A stretch of DNA of 63,587 bases, filler included, from Choristocarpus tenellus KU-1152 (GCA_964200185.2; 9 parts of 9 records of this genome joined end to end with filler, not necessarily neighbours in it); one strand, 5' to 3'. Shown: positions 39,817-52,145, counted from the whole stretch's first letter. The notes: a model not told the origin generated them from the letters alone. Numbers and translations are program-made.

Positions 39817-42293
39817 ATGGGACTTCTCTCAGTGATTAGTCTGAAGGCTGGACTGGAGGAAACCAAGAAGAAAACGAAGAGGGGAATGGCAAGTATTCAA
39901 AAAGAGATCCGAGTTTTGGGATGTTCAACCTTGATGTTTCTGTTCTTTGGGTTTGGAGTGTACACCAAACAAAATGTCTAAGAAGACGACCGATCCTCGT
40001 CTGAAAAGAATGATATCGGGGGTGTGTGGTAGGAGATTGTCTATCGTCGTCCGCTCTCCATAGTTCTCGCTGACAATGCGCCAGTGCTGTTCTTCTAGCA
40101 TGACCAAGTCAATACCCACGCCATTGTTGAACTCCGCATTACTTGTTCTGCATCCTCTCCACACACGGCCACAGAATGAGGGCTGGATGACGAAGTCAAA
40201 CCGCGTCAAATATCATGGAAGGAAGAATAATGGTCGCGAGAGGAACGGCAAGGTATCGATCGTTGCACGAACAGCAGCTTCCTTTCAAACATCTTTTTGA
40301 CTTTAGATGGGACTCAAGTCGATTGCTTTGATTATATCTTCACTCGACTGATCTCTAGCATTGCCGATATGCACCACGACATAAGTCGCTGTATGAATGA
40401 GGTATTCCCTTTGGTGAGGAGTTTCACCTCTCCCCTTGCTTGAACTTGAGGTGTTAGTAATTCCATCCACCTTCCCCCCTCCCCCATACATGCTTGATCG
40501 TATACTAGGGTGAAGTGCGATACGGAAATGGTAACATCTACGACGGAGAATGGAAGAATGGCCGTAGGCATGGCAAGGTAGGTGTCAAATACTGGCAATG
40601 GGTTCTACGCCTACACTTACTATATGTTAGTGATTACTAAATCACCTCCAGCTTTACAAGTACCGCAATCGATGTACGAGACCCATCTCCTCTCCAGTCA
40701 ACGTTTATCACTCACCCGTTGCATATCGCAGACCATTCATCGCTTTGAGGGCTACTGGGCCCTGAAGGTAAAGAGTTATCCTCACCTTTGTCACACCACA
40801 CTTCAGATTTCTACCGTAGTTTTGGCTCCATCTCTCCCCTATTCCTGTTCGATGTTGTCCAGGGCACTATGGAGTATGAGGACGGTGGAAAATACACGGG
40901 GAAGTGGAAGGTCGGAAAGAAGCATGGCAAGGTGTGTTCCCCTCTTCCACCGTTACTGCAACAGACCTGAATTTAATGGTTGCCCGTCCACCCATCGACA
41001 ATTTGAATGCTGCCCTGAGACACAGCATAAATACTAATAGCTAGAATCCTCTGCGTTTTTAATTGAAGGGTATTGCTGTTAACTCGTGAGATTGTTATTT
41101 GAGGACGGTTGGTTTCTCTCTTTCTGACCCCCTTCTACCTCACCCCTTACTATACCTACTTATCTCCTCAAACCTTCCTTTGGGATACACACACTTGTTG
41201 TTGCTACAGGGCAACCTGAGGCGGGAAGATGGTGCATATTATCAAGGGCGTTTCTATGAGGACAAAAGGGAAGGCAAGGTAGGCGAAGCGCCAAAGAATC
41301 GTAGTAACATGTTGTGGGCTCATAGTCCTCCGTTTTGAGCTTGGAGGGTGTCAAGTGTCCAGTACTCTCCTGTCTAGTCAATTATTGTACGCCACCTTCT
41401 CTGAAATACTCCGCATCCTTGCCACAAAAGCTCCGGCTTGCTTTAACATCCTGCAACACCTTTAACCTCTCCCTCATTCACCTTCTACGACCCTTACCAG
41501 GGGAAGATGAGGTACAGTAGTGGCCGGATGTACGATGGGATGTGGAAGGACGACCAGAAGGATGGCAAGGTATAAAGGAGGGCACAAAGACAAGAACAAG
41601 GACAAGCTCCTGTTGCACCAAGCCATTTTCGTTGTTGTATCCTTTGTAGAAGGCAACGCTACTACAATTTGCAAATGCATATTTGACACACTGGGCCTCT
41701 TGCACAACATGATGTTTCAACACACAAGGTTTTCTTATCACCTCTTTCCTTCCCATGTTCGATTCAAACAACATCACAGGGGAAGATGGTGTATGAGGAC
41801 AAGAAGGAGTACATAGGAGACTTCCGCTACAACAAGAGGCATGGCAAGGTACAACCCCCCCCGCTCCCTCTCATGCGCAATTGCTTACTATATGTTGTAC
41901 ATCAAACAAGCAGGTTCTATCTTTTTCACCATAAGTATGTGCATGAGCGGTGAGAAGCAATGAGAGTTTCAGATACCTTAGTAGTAGTCAGGGCCAGCCT
42001 GACTACCACCTTCCCTTACAAATTTCAGAACAAGTTGTGCTAGGGTTCGGACAAGGAAGTTGTATTGCGGACTTTGCTTGTGATTTCAGAAAGCTTAATT
42101 TCCTCAACTTCGTATATATACCCTTTCCAAGCAAGTAGGGCCAAAATATCACGCCTTTTCCATTTATCTTCTGGTCGACTCCTTGTATTAACACTTGTGC
42201 TTTGCCACTGAGCAGGGGACGTTGTGGGATGCCAACGGTGTGGTGATCCATAATGGGGAATGGAAGAACAACAAAAAAGTGGTGAAACACTAG
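39817..42293 (+). CDS. Small MORN-repeat protein (~190 aa), one exon per repeat
   Basis: Putative first exon 39817-39888 (needs a GC donor), then 40175-40252. Five 69-nt exons follow at 40509-40577, 40863-40931, 41210-41278, 41501-41569 and 41780-41848 (e.g. GEVRYGNGNIYDGEWKNGRRHGK). The terminal exon 42216-42293 ends in TAG. Confidence 0.92.
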
Positions 42294-42573
42294 CTCACCT
42301 CACTCACTGGTCAACTTTTGCTAAGGAATAGTTGACACTCAATGGCCATGCATATGTTGTACGAACGATTGATGTGCTTGTTATGTAACGTGAAAACAAT
42401 AATGGTCCTCTTGGGGACCACGTATTTGTCAGCTTGTGGTTGCCTTGGTTGCCCCTGAAAATACCTCCTTCCAATGTATGTATGTTTGGTACGACACAGG
42501 AGGAGTTTGTGCTTGTTGAGTGAAACGTGAGTGTGTATAGTATTGTGAGGTGGTAGTTTTTGCAAGGCCTTCT

Positions 42574-42738
42574 GACTCAAAGTATCTTTTTTATCTGGGG
42601 GGGGGTGACGGCTGTCCACTTGGGGTCAATTGTTTCATGTCGAGATTTTTGGGTGATTTGGTTACATACGTCGGATGGATAATGTAAATGCATTTTTCCT
42701 GATTTTGCCCCAAATGGACATCCTGGTGTAGACCCCCC
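42574..42738 (-). mobile_element. MITE family B copy truncated at the contig end
   Basis: gactcaaagtatct...gggggg..ggctgtccac...ggatggataatgtaa...ccaaatggacatcctggtgtagacccccc, then the gap. Confidence 0.8.
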
Positions 42739-43818
42739 NNNNNNNNNNNNNNNNNNNNNNNNNNNNNNNNNNNNNNNNNNNNTTAATTAATTAANNNNNN
42801 NNNNNNNNNNNNNNNNNNNNNNNNNNNNNNNNNNNNNNTACGATTACATATTGAAAAGAGAGAGTAAAAGTTTTTGTGACCTTTTCGTTTGGTACCTTCG
42901 AAACGTATTAGATCAATGAAGGATGTCGTTTGTATCTGTATTATTTGTTGGTGTAAGGATTAGAATATCGTTCTACTTTTGGAACATTGGAAACGTACAT
43001 CAATTAAGTATGTCCTACTACCACACCTTCGGCATGGATTCCCATTCAAGAAGGAGCCCTTAAAAAGTGCCCCAACATTTCCAAAAAAAACATATCGGCA
43101 CTTTTTCCGCACCATTTTCGGTCAAAACCATCTTCTATTTTTCGTTTTTTCCTCTGTTTTTAAAATCTACTCTCAAATCCAGTAAGTTACGTGATTTTGG
43201 TTGAGTCCGTGGAATCACCTGACACATCCACAAAAATGATTCATCATGCCGCTATGTACACTATGTACTGTAACGAACATTTCATAAACGTACGTTAAAC
43301 TGTCAAACTGTGTATTCTACATTTATCAGCACACACAATGTAAGGATAACACTAGATACTGCGACCCCACTAGCACCACCACGATGGACTGCTGAGTGCT
43401 GCTTTGTCCTTGTATTTATTTTTTGGTGTGACGAAACGTTTGCAGGTTTCTATGCATTACACGTGGGTTCTCTTATTACCCTCGAACATGCACTTAATCC
43501 TTTTCCCTCTGTTTTATATTTGTTCTTCTTTTCAACACTTCTTCTTTTGCATCTTCCATATTTCTTGTCTTCTTGCTGAAGTAGTGTGTATCGCCTTCTT
43601 ACTACCTTTCAACAGTCTTCGTATATTATTAACACGTTCTCGTGTTACCTTGTTTCAGTATTGCGCATGTTAAATATACTAGAAAGCGTGAAAAAAAAAG
43701 AAGCCATCATGTCAGTTATCCAAGTTATTATGTACGAATGATTATTCCTGGTGTTTTGAAATAAATGTAGGGATTGAATCGCTTTGATTCTATCATACTT
43801 CGAACTATCACAACAATA

Positions 43819-44185
43819 AACAGTATGTTCGTGAGATCAGGAACGGATTATGAGATAAGGAATGAGAAATATTTCGAAACCATCCAGCAGGCCGCCGATC
43901 AATTTCAGTGTGAAAGCTTTCAAATGGCCAGATTATCAAAAAAAGCATATCTCACTCCACAACTAACAGCTTACAAATTTTGACGATTTGAAAGCTTTTT
44001 CACAATAATATCGATGAGCTCTCCCTCTTGTATTCGCAAGCTTTCACTCCAAAAAACCGACGACTTCAAGAATCTGGCCATTTGAAAGCTTTCACACTGA
44101 AATTGATCGGCGGCTGCTGGATGGTTTCGAAATATTTCTCATTCCTTATCTCATAATCCGTTCCTGATCTCACGAACATACTGTT
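43819..44185. mobile_element. Foldback MITE with ~115-bp near-perfect TIRs and a 4-bp TSD AATA
   Basis: Arm 43819-43934 is the reverse complement of 44071-44185 except for one 1-nt indel. AATA lies at 43815-18 and 44186-89. Confidence 0.88.
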
Positions 44186-45837
44186 AATAGTAGTAGGAGT
44201 TCAATGAAACCGAAAACCTTTTCTTTCCTATTTTTCTCCAGAGATTTTTGTGGAAGAGAAGAACCAAGCCAGCAACACAAACAACGACAAAAACATAGCA
44301 TAAACATCTCTAGAACTGCGTAAACCATGTGTGCGCCATCAACTCTGAAAGACGATGAGGATGGGTTCCTACAAGAGTATGATGACGTTGACCCATGTTG
44401 TGCTGGGTATGCCATTTTGCATGTGGAGAAGCAAGGAAAGTGATGGGTCAGATGAACGCGAAGAGCCTGACTTGAATCTGGTTGAGCTGATGTATCGAAG
44501 ACTCTTCTTTACCGCTTCATTGTGATGCACGATGAGGCACTTTCGGGACGATGGCCGTACTGTTAAATCATGGGCTACCCCTTCTGCGATTTGTAGGTAT
44601 AGTTCAGCACCACCAACTAGAGTCGACCGTTGGTCTGTACACTATTGATGGTTCCTCTTAGCGCCTAAGTACTTACATTAATGTATACCGATCTGCACGG
44701 GATGTGCCTCATAAGTTACTATAAAAAGACGTGTCATGCGTTTTAAGGTGGAAACACATCATGGAGATGGGCAAGGAGGGGTTTGTTAGATTCTTGGGAT
44801 GCTTCCCTACCTCCTCACCCTGGGTGCAAGACTAACCTAGGTTGGAGTCACAGGAGGGCAGTGGTGTAGCATAGTTGGTGGTAAAATAGTAAATAGATTA
44901 ATATCTTTCACATTTACAACAACTGTTACTTTTTTGGGGTCGTTATAAGCTGAAGACACCATGGAGATGGGCAAGAAGGGGCTTGTTAGATTATTGGGAT
45001 GCTTCCCTACCTCCTCACCCTGTGGGCAGGACTAAGCTAGGTTGGAGGCACAAGAGGACAGCGGTATAGCATAGCCAGTAGTAAAATAGGATATAGATAA
45101 TTGTCTTTCACATTTACAACAACTGTTACTTTTTGTGTTTTTTCCTGATATTTGAGTAGTTTTCATTGTTTTTTCCCTTGACGCATCTGCAAAATGTCAG
45201 AGGGCATGATATATCCATAGAGTTTAGACTCGCTGCCAACAGATCCCTCGAGAGAGAGGAGGCCCTCTATCGAACAGATGCCTGTTGACTGGGTGCAGGA
45301 GGCAAATGTGGATACCAGACATGGACGTACCTGCCCTAGGGCAGGAGGACATGTTTGCCAAAGCACACCAATGGTGAAGCGTCTAAGTCAACTCTGCAAA
45401 GGAATGGGCATCCCTTGGACTATGGAGGGCGGTAGCCCATTAACAGTGGACCGGAATTTCGGCATGGACCTGGTCTTTCATGCTGGGGCACTTGCGGACG
45501 CCGGATCAGCTCCTTACCGGGACAAAGGCCTCCTTCTAGATGTTCCTTTTTCAGAAGTGCAGGCAGTATCTCATCTCCCACACTCATCCACCAGCAATGG
45601 TGTAGCTGCTGCTGCAGCTGAGGCGCGGAAGCGCACCTACTACGAGGGCTCCTTTCACCCTCGTAGTTATAACCACATATCTTCACGGTGGAAAGTCTTG
45701 GGCACCTTGGTGAGCAAGTGGAAAGTTTTCTATATGAGCTAGCTACCCACACGGTAGGGGGGATAGTGACAGGAGGCTACAGCAGAAAAGGGATTGTCAA
45801 ATCCTGTCTACGACAGGTAGTCTCTGTCAAAACGCAA

Positions 45838-46093
45838 GTCAAAGTATCTTAGAGGGTAGAGCCGCGTCCATTGAAGTCCAAAATCCAATGTTGCAATTTT
45901 GAAGTAATTTTGGCTATCGTGTTTGTTAGGGATGTCAATATCCTTGTTCCAGACACACCTTTTCATAACGTACACATTTTACCTACTCTGAAACCTTTTG
46001 GAGTAGGTAAAATGCTTTTAAAAACCCGTGGGAAGTCAAGTCCTAAATGGACAAATAGGGAAAAAACTCGTACCCTAGAAAATACTTTCACTC
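45838..46093 (+). mobile_element. MITE family A copy inserted in retrotransposon unit 3
   Basis: gtcaaagtatcttagagggta ... tactttcactc, TSD GCAA (left terminus 2 nt short). The empty site is visible in unit 4 (acaacgcaggttgccc, ~46464). Confidence 0.85.
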
Positions 46094-46725
46094 GCAAGTT
46101 GCCCTATCTAGATGTGTCATGCGTTTTAAGCTGGAGACACCAGAGAGATGGGCAAGGGGGGGCTTGTTTTAGATTCTTGGGATACCTCCCTACCTCCTCA
46201 CCCTGGGGTGCAGGACTAAGCTAGGTTGGAGGTACAGGAAGACAACCAGTGTAGCATAACTGGTAATGAATAGTAAATAGATTAAAGTCTTTCACATTAA
46301 CAACTGTTACTTTTAGTTCTTTTTCTGGTGTGTGGATAGTTTTCATTGGTCTGATACATCTGCAAAATGCCAGAAGGCATAATAATGCGGTAGGGAGGAG
46401 AGGAAAGGGAGGCTGCAGCAGGAAAGGGACGGCCAAATCCTGCCTAAGACAATTAGCCTCTATTACAACGCAGGTTGCCCTGTCTAGACGTGTCGTGCGT
46501 TTTAAGTTGGAAACATCTGGGAGATAGGCAAGGAGGGGCTGGTTAGATTCTCGGGATGCTTCCCTACCTACTCACCCTGGGGTGCAGGACTAAGCTGGGT
46601 TGGAGGCACAGGAAGGCAGCGGTGTAGGCATAGCTGAAGTAAAATAGTATTTTTTTCACATTTCTGAAAACTGTTTCTTTTTTAGGGATCTTTTTCCGAG
46701 ATGTTAATTGTTTTCATTGGTTTTA

Positions 46726-46984
46726 GAGTGAAAGTATCTTAGAGGGTATGAGTTGTGCCCTGTTTGTCCATTTGGGGCTTGACTTCCCACGGGTTCTTTT
46801 ATGACAGTTTCCTACTCCAAAATGTTTAGGAGTAGGTAAAGTGTAGATGTTATGAAAAGGTGTGTGCGGAACATGGATATTGACACTTCCTATCAAACAC
46901 GATAGCGAAAATTAAATCAAAATTGCAACATTAGATTTTGGCCCCCAAATAGACGCGACTCTACCTTCTAAGATACTTTGGCTC
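46726..46984 (-). mobile_element. MITE family A copy inserted in retrotransposon unit 4
   Basis: gagtgaaagtatcttagagggta ... taccttctaagatactttggctc, TSD TTTA/TTTC. The empty site is visible at ~45160-45185. Confidence 0.85.
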
Positions 46985-48152
46985 TTTCCCCTGACACATC
47001 TGGAAAATGTTAAGAGGGCATAATAAATATATATATATATATAAAACTTACTGTATGTTTTATTTTAGACGTAGTGTTATGTAAGTGTTAGAATTTTCGT
47101 AAATCATGGAGTTTTCAAAATAAAGGGAGGTGACTGTCTGCTTGGTAGGTGAGGGGATTATTGTTATCGTGGCAGATGCTACTGTTGACATGGTGTGATT
47201 ATCTTCCTGGCGGCGTGTGTTGCTTTTTGACGGATGTGATATCCATGATGGAATTCAATCCTTCAAAAATACTCTCTGTTAGAGAACATTAGCAATCACC
47301 TCAGCTACCGAGCAGACGGTGACCTCACTATCTCCTCACTAGCTTCAGAACTTTACTGAAGTTCTAACACTTACTTTCTGGCCTTTTGTATATAGCTTGG
47401 CCTACCTTTGTCATTGCCATCTTTGTGCTTTGAGCGCGTTTCCAGCCATGGATGTTATTTTTCCACATCCTCTTCGGCACCTCACTCGACCATTGACTTG
47501 TCCAACAACCCCTTAATCTTTGCTGTCCAGCAGCAGGTGGTCGAAAGCATCGACTTCAAGGAGATCATACATGCCTTGAACAACAAGGTAGCTACATCAG
47601 ATTACTGTTGACTCCTTGACACTGCGAGAAAGATAGAGGAAGATTTACAGATAAAGGTCACCAAGATGAATGCTAATTGGGAATTTGTGTATCACCACAA
47701 AGCCTGGACGGGTCCCTTGGGTCACATCTTCCACTCTCTCACTGGACGGTATCAAGCTCTCGTGCAGAACGACAGGAGAGGATCTTGGTGAGAACCTCGT
47801 ATTAATGGCAGAAGAAGACTCACTTTCACTGGAAGGGTGTATTTGTGTGTGGCAGACTGCGAGTCGTCAATGGTAAAGATGGGTCGCTTACTCGAGGAGG
47901 ACCATCATATCACGATCCATCGTTTAGAGTGTGTGGCTGGTGTAGCCTCAATGGGGCAGAGGTTAAGGACGCCATGAAATCAGCTCAGGCTGCTGTTAGG
48001 GCCAATTTCAAGTCCAATCAGTGTAAGGAACGTATGTGCAGGATGTCAAGGATTGGAATTAAGGTAGTCATGTAGAATATACCGACTCATTGGTTGTCCA
48101 TCTATTCCATAGTGGGAATGCTTTCTGTACCTAAAGCCTCCCATCATTATTT

Positions 48153-48256
48153 GATTGAAAGTATAGTAGAGGGTATGAGTTTTGCCCTGTTTGTCCGTTT
48201 GGGGCTTGGCTTCCCAAGTGTTTTAAATAACATTTTGACTCCAAGTATCTGGGGGG
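48153..48256. mobile_element. Partial MITE A interrupted by the start of a MITE B, cut by the contig end
   Basis: gattgaaagtatagtagagggtatgag...ggggcttggcttccc (family A), followed at 48237 by gactccaagtatctgggggg (family B). Confidence 0.7.
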
Positions 48257-48645
48257 NNNNNNNNNNNNNNNNNNNNNNNNNNNNNNNNNNNNNNNNNNNN
48301 TTAATTAATTAANNNNNNNNNNNNNNNNNNNNNNNNNNNNNNNNNNNNNNNNNNNNTTTTCTCCCCCCCCACCCATATCACCGTTATTTTTTTTTTTTCC
48401 CTCTTCTCCTTTTTTTTTTCTTTTTCCCCCCCCCCCCCCCCCCCCCCCCTCCTTCCCTCTGCTCCCCCCACCTATTGAACCGGTTTTTAAAAAACCTGCT
48501 TGGTCCATCAAAATTAGTCTCTTTTCGCTTACTTGGCCACGCTTGTCTCCCCATCTGATAATGATCATGATAATGAAAAATAGCAATGATAATGACACTG
48601 ATGAAAAAAAAATGCAATCATGCATGTAACACATTAAATGTACAG

Positions 48646-51600
48646 GCAGACTGGGTGTCTAAGTGCACCACATCCAGTGCAGATGGATCGTCAACATCCT
48701 TCTCCCTTCGTGCGTGGGTGAGCCCGCTTCTCTTTTTTTTTTACTCTTTTGTGCCCTGTACCTTTTTCTCAACGTTTTGTGTGGTTGGTTGTGTTTTGTG
48801 CTGTTTTGTGATGTACAAGAAAGCTCTGGTGCAACCACTTCCTGAAAAATTGTTCTGTTTTTTTCTGGTTGGGGTGGTGGTGGTTGGGGGGGGGGGGGGG
48901 GGGGGGCAGGAGGAGGGGAATTGAAAAAAAAGAAAGGGGTTGTACTCTTAGCAACGCTCGTGTCTCTCTCTTTTTTTCTTTCTTTTCTGATTTCAAAGAA
49001 CACATTACCGAGAGATTGAAGAGTTGGATTTTTTTTTGTACTTTGGTTTGTATCATTTCTAAAGCAAGGTACAATTTCTGTCATTTCTAAAGCAAGATAC
49101 AGTTTACTTCATTTCTAAAACAAGATACAATTTACGTCATTTCTAAAACAAGATACAATGAACCTGTTCACCGCTTGAAAAAATTTCAAAACCGAAGTGG
49201 AGATGGACAATTCCTGATAACTGTATACAGTGCATCCTTGTATGATAACAAAAAGAAAAAAAAAGCAAATCAGGCGAGGGGCGCGGAGAGGTTTGTTTTT
49301 TCGAACCTTACATCTTGTGGCATAATGTCTCAAGAACGGACTGCCAGAAGAATATATTTAATTCCAATTGATGCCACCGTAGAGCTGCGTGTAGGTGTAC
49401 TAATATATTATATTCTCTTTTCTTTCTTTTTTTTTACTGTAGTAGTAGGCATCCAAGGTCGCGATGGGAGATTTTTTCTTTTTTTGTTGTTTTTTGTTCG
49501 GCAGTACCAAGTTTTTACAGTTGCACGCCTCAAGAGCACGATAGCAATGCGACATTGCACCTTGGCCATTGCACCTCATTCCTCAAGCTGGAGCAGAAAG
49601 GGGAACAAAACACTATGTATGTAGCACACTTGCCCAATAGCAAGCTGCAAGGATACACATTGTTATTCTTACACGTATGATTGGTTGGTGGTCTGGAGTA
49701 TAATTCCCCCCCGCCCGCCCCTCCCCCTGCTCGTCATACGCCACTCTGTCGTTTAAAACAGGTAATGCCTATGTACGATGTGCCCCACCTCTCCATCAAC
49801 CTCGCCAAGGGTCCAGAAGGTACCGTAGACCCTCGTTCTGTCGCTACCATCGCCTTCCCCTACTCATACAACTCCTTCATTTTTTTTGTATTGCTACGCC
49901 CAACCCTAACCCTCAATCTATTAATATTGCAACACAACTGTTTCTGTGAAAAAATTGTGAAAAATTGGGTATGCCTGAAAAGCCGAACGGTTGTCTTGAG
50001 TATGTATGTATGTGTGTGTGTGTGTGTTGTGCATGAATGAAGTATTATCGCATATTTTTATTTTTACCTACAGGTCCTTTCCAGAAATGCTGACCAATCA
50101 AATCGTGTGCACATGGTGGGGGAAATTCCATTCCTAGGAGAAAGGAGGGGGCAAGGTAGTTGACTCATTGGGTCTTTTTATGTCTACAATGTGTCGAGCA
50201 CAGCTTCTCTCCCTTTTTTTCTTGGTGTATCAAACAAAAACAACTGTGGGTATGAAGAGAACAATAAGGTGCTATCTGTGACACAGTTGAAAATCATGCC
50301 TCTAGTGATGCAATACATATGTATATATTTATATTTTAGTGATGCCATCATGACACAATTGCTGAGATTGGCTGGTTTTAGGTTCAGTGATTGAGTGGAC
50401 TATAAAAAAATAATTATGGTGCCAAAGTTATGCAAGAGTCAAGACAGCGAATCGTGCTGTTCTTTGGAAGGGTGTGTATTTTTTTTTAAACAACTGTTTT
50501 TTCTTGATTTTTTTTTTAATGCATGTGTGAAGAACACAGTTTTTTCTTCTCCTCAAGTGTCAAGTGTGCACTTGTTGCAGTAAATACCCTAACCCTAAAA
50601 TAGATACGAAACCCTAACCCTGTAAAATTAGTGTGTTTGCGCGTCATGGTTCGTCATGGCTGTATCCCCTTGTTCTTCATTATTCATTGTATACTGTTTG
50701 TGCTAGGTGTGAAACAGAAGAGTAAAGTATATATATATATATTTATACATATATATAGAGAGAGAGGAAGAGAGTTGAGGGTACAAAATGAAGATATATA
50801 TATGTATATATTTGAAGTAGTATTAAGAACAATATATACATACATATATAATTCGGAATAATTGTTTTATTTGTTTTATTCGATGGTACAGCGGTTGAAT
50901 TTGTTTGCGTAGTTTCTTTTGGAGAAATGAATGATTTACATTCACATATGCTTATTTTGGCATTACGCCCTTCTGGATCTCCGAAGCCCCTTTTTTTGTC
51001 CATTGACACGCCTTCTGGATCAATACGAGAACTGCTCGCCTTTGGTGTGACGTGTGACATGTGCATTGCGAGGCGTATAAAGCAGAAGAAATCACATTAC
51101 CACCTGACTTGATCTCTTCTCTTCCAATGTCTATATCCAAGAACATGCATCATATGAGTCATAATCGGGGTTATGGTTGGGGTTAGGGTTAGGGTTAGGG
51201 ATGACCAAACTCCCGAGGGGTGGCTCATGGTCGGAGTCAGAACATCTCCTTGTCTCAGATTTATCCTCAGCGGCTGACTGATCAATCTTTTCCTCATAAA
51301 AATATTTCCGCTCTTCCTCTCCCCCTAGGGCTGCCACAGGATGTTATGTTTTTGACATGTATGTGTGTGTGTGTGTGTGTATATATGTATATATATATAT
51401 AAATAAATAAATAGATGTGTCTGTGAACACACTCTGTGCTTGACATTTTTTTTCACTTTCTGATTTTTATTGTGTGTTACAAATTTGTACCATTTCATTT
51501 TTCTTCTTGTGCACTGTTGGATTTGATTGGTAGGGACAGTCAGGATTTTTGATGTTGTTGCAGGGGCATTAGTGACACAGAATGTGTACATACACGTGAG

Positions 51601-51879
51601 ACTGATTGCTTTCATCAACCGCATGATAGCCTTTCAGTCTGGGGGAGGGGGGAGGGGTTCTTCCCTACCAAGGCTGTATGGGGCACTATATACTATAGCT
51701 GGTATGTTACAAAAAGGTTGACACACCCCCACACAAAACAACACTATTTTATGAAACAGTTTTAGATTGGCTTACTACTAAAACTTACTGCTGTTTTGTC
51801 CTGCTGGAGCAGGTCTCTCTGCCGAGATGGACCTAGTAGCCAAGGATGACTTGATGTACAACAAGAACTACCGTGAGAA
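48646..51879 (+). CDS. Red chlorophyll catabolite reductase (RCCR) / ferredoxin-dependent bilin reductase-like protein, three internal exons
   Basis: Phase-compatible exons 48646-48717, 49762-49819 and 51813-51879 give ADWVSKCTTSSADGSSTSFSLRAW-VMPMYDVPHLSINLAKGPE-GLSAEMDLVAKDDLMYNKNYREK. This resembles the RCCR pattern DAPHL.....Q....L....DL.PRKDL...P.Y..K.Y. Confidence 0.6.
49053..49159. repeat. 28-bp intronic minisatellite (~3.8 copies)
   Basis: Unit tcatttctaaarcaagrtacartttmy(g/t) starts at 49053, 49081, 49109 and 49137. Confidence 0.9.
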
Positions 51880-52080
51880 GTGAGACAGGGAGAGGGGGGN
51901 NNNNNNNNNNNNNNNNNNNNNNNNNNNNNNNNNNNNNNNNNNNTTAATTAATTAANNNNNNNNNNNNNNNNNNNNNNNNNNNNNNNNNNNNNNNNNNNNC
52001 ACCACACCCCACCAGTAAAAGTTTTTTATTTTTTTGGTTTTGTTCATAAAAAAGTGTTTTTAGTTTTTTTTTTTTTGTTT

Positions 52081-52145
<65 letters not shown>

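Larger units (their letters stand above)
44728..47030 (+). mobile_element. Head-to-tail array of four 5'-truncated copies of a CRE-like (RLE-class) non-LTR retrotransposon 3' end
   Basis: Units at ~44728-44940, ~44941-45212, ~45215-46387 and 46388-47030. The third carries a Zn-knuckle remnant (DTRHGRTC) and a restriction-like endonuclease (RNFGMDLV...LLLDV...AEARKRTYY; ORF 45278-45742). The fourth starts within the C-terminal peptide QVALSRRVVRFKL. Units end in ggcat followed by (AAT)/(AT)n. Confidence 0.8.

Noticed and set aside
47531-47587. Exon-like QQVVESIDFKEIIHALNNK as the upstream exon of the RCCR-like gene
   Set aside because: Splice signals are good and the phase is compatible, but it lies on a different contig and does not resemble the expected upstream sequence.
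51168-51200. Chromosome end (TTAGGG repeats)
   Set aside because: Only about three perfect units, inside an intron, so it is interstitial rather than a telomere.
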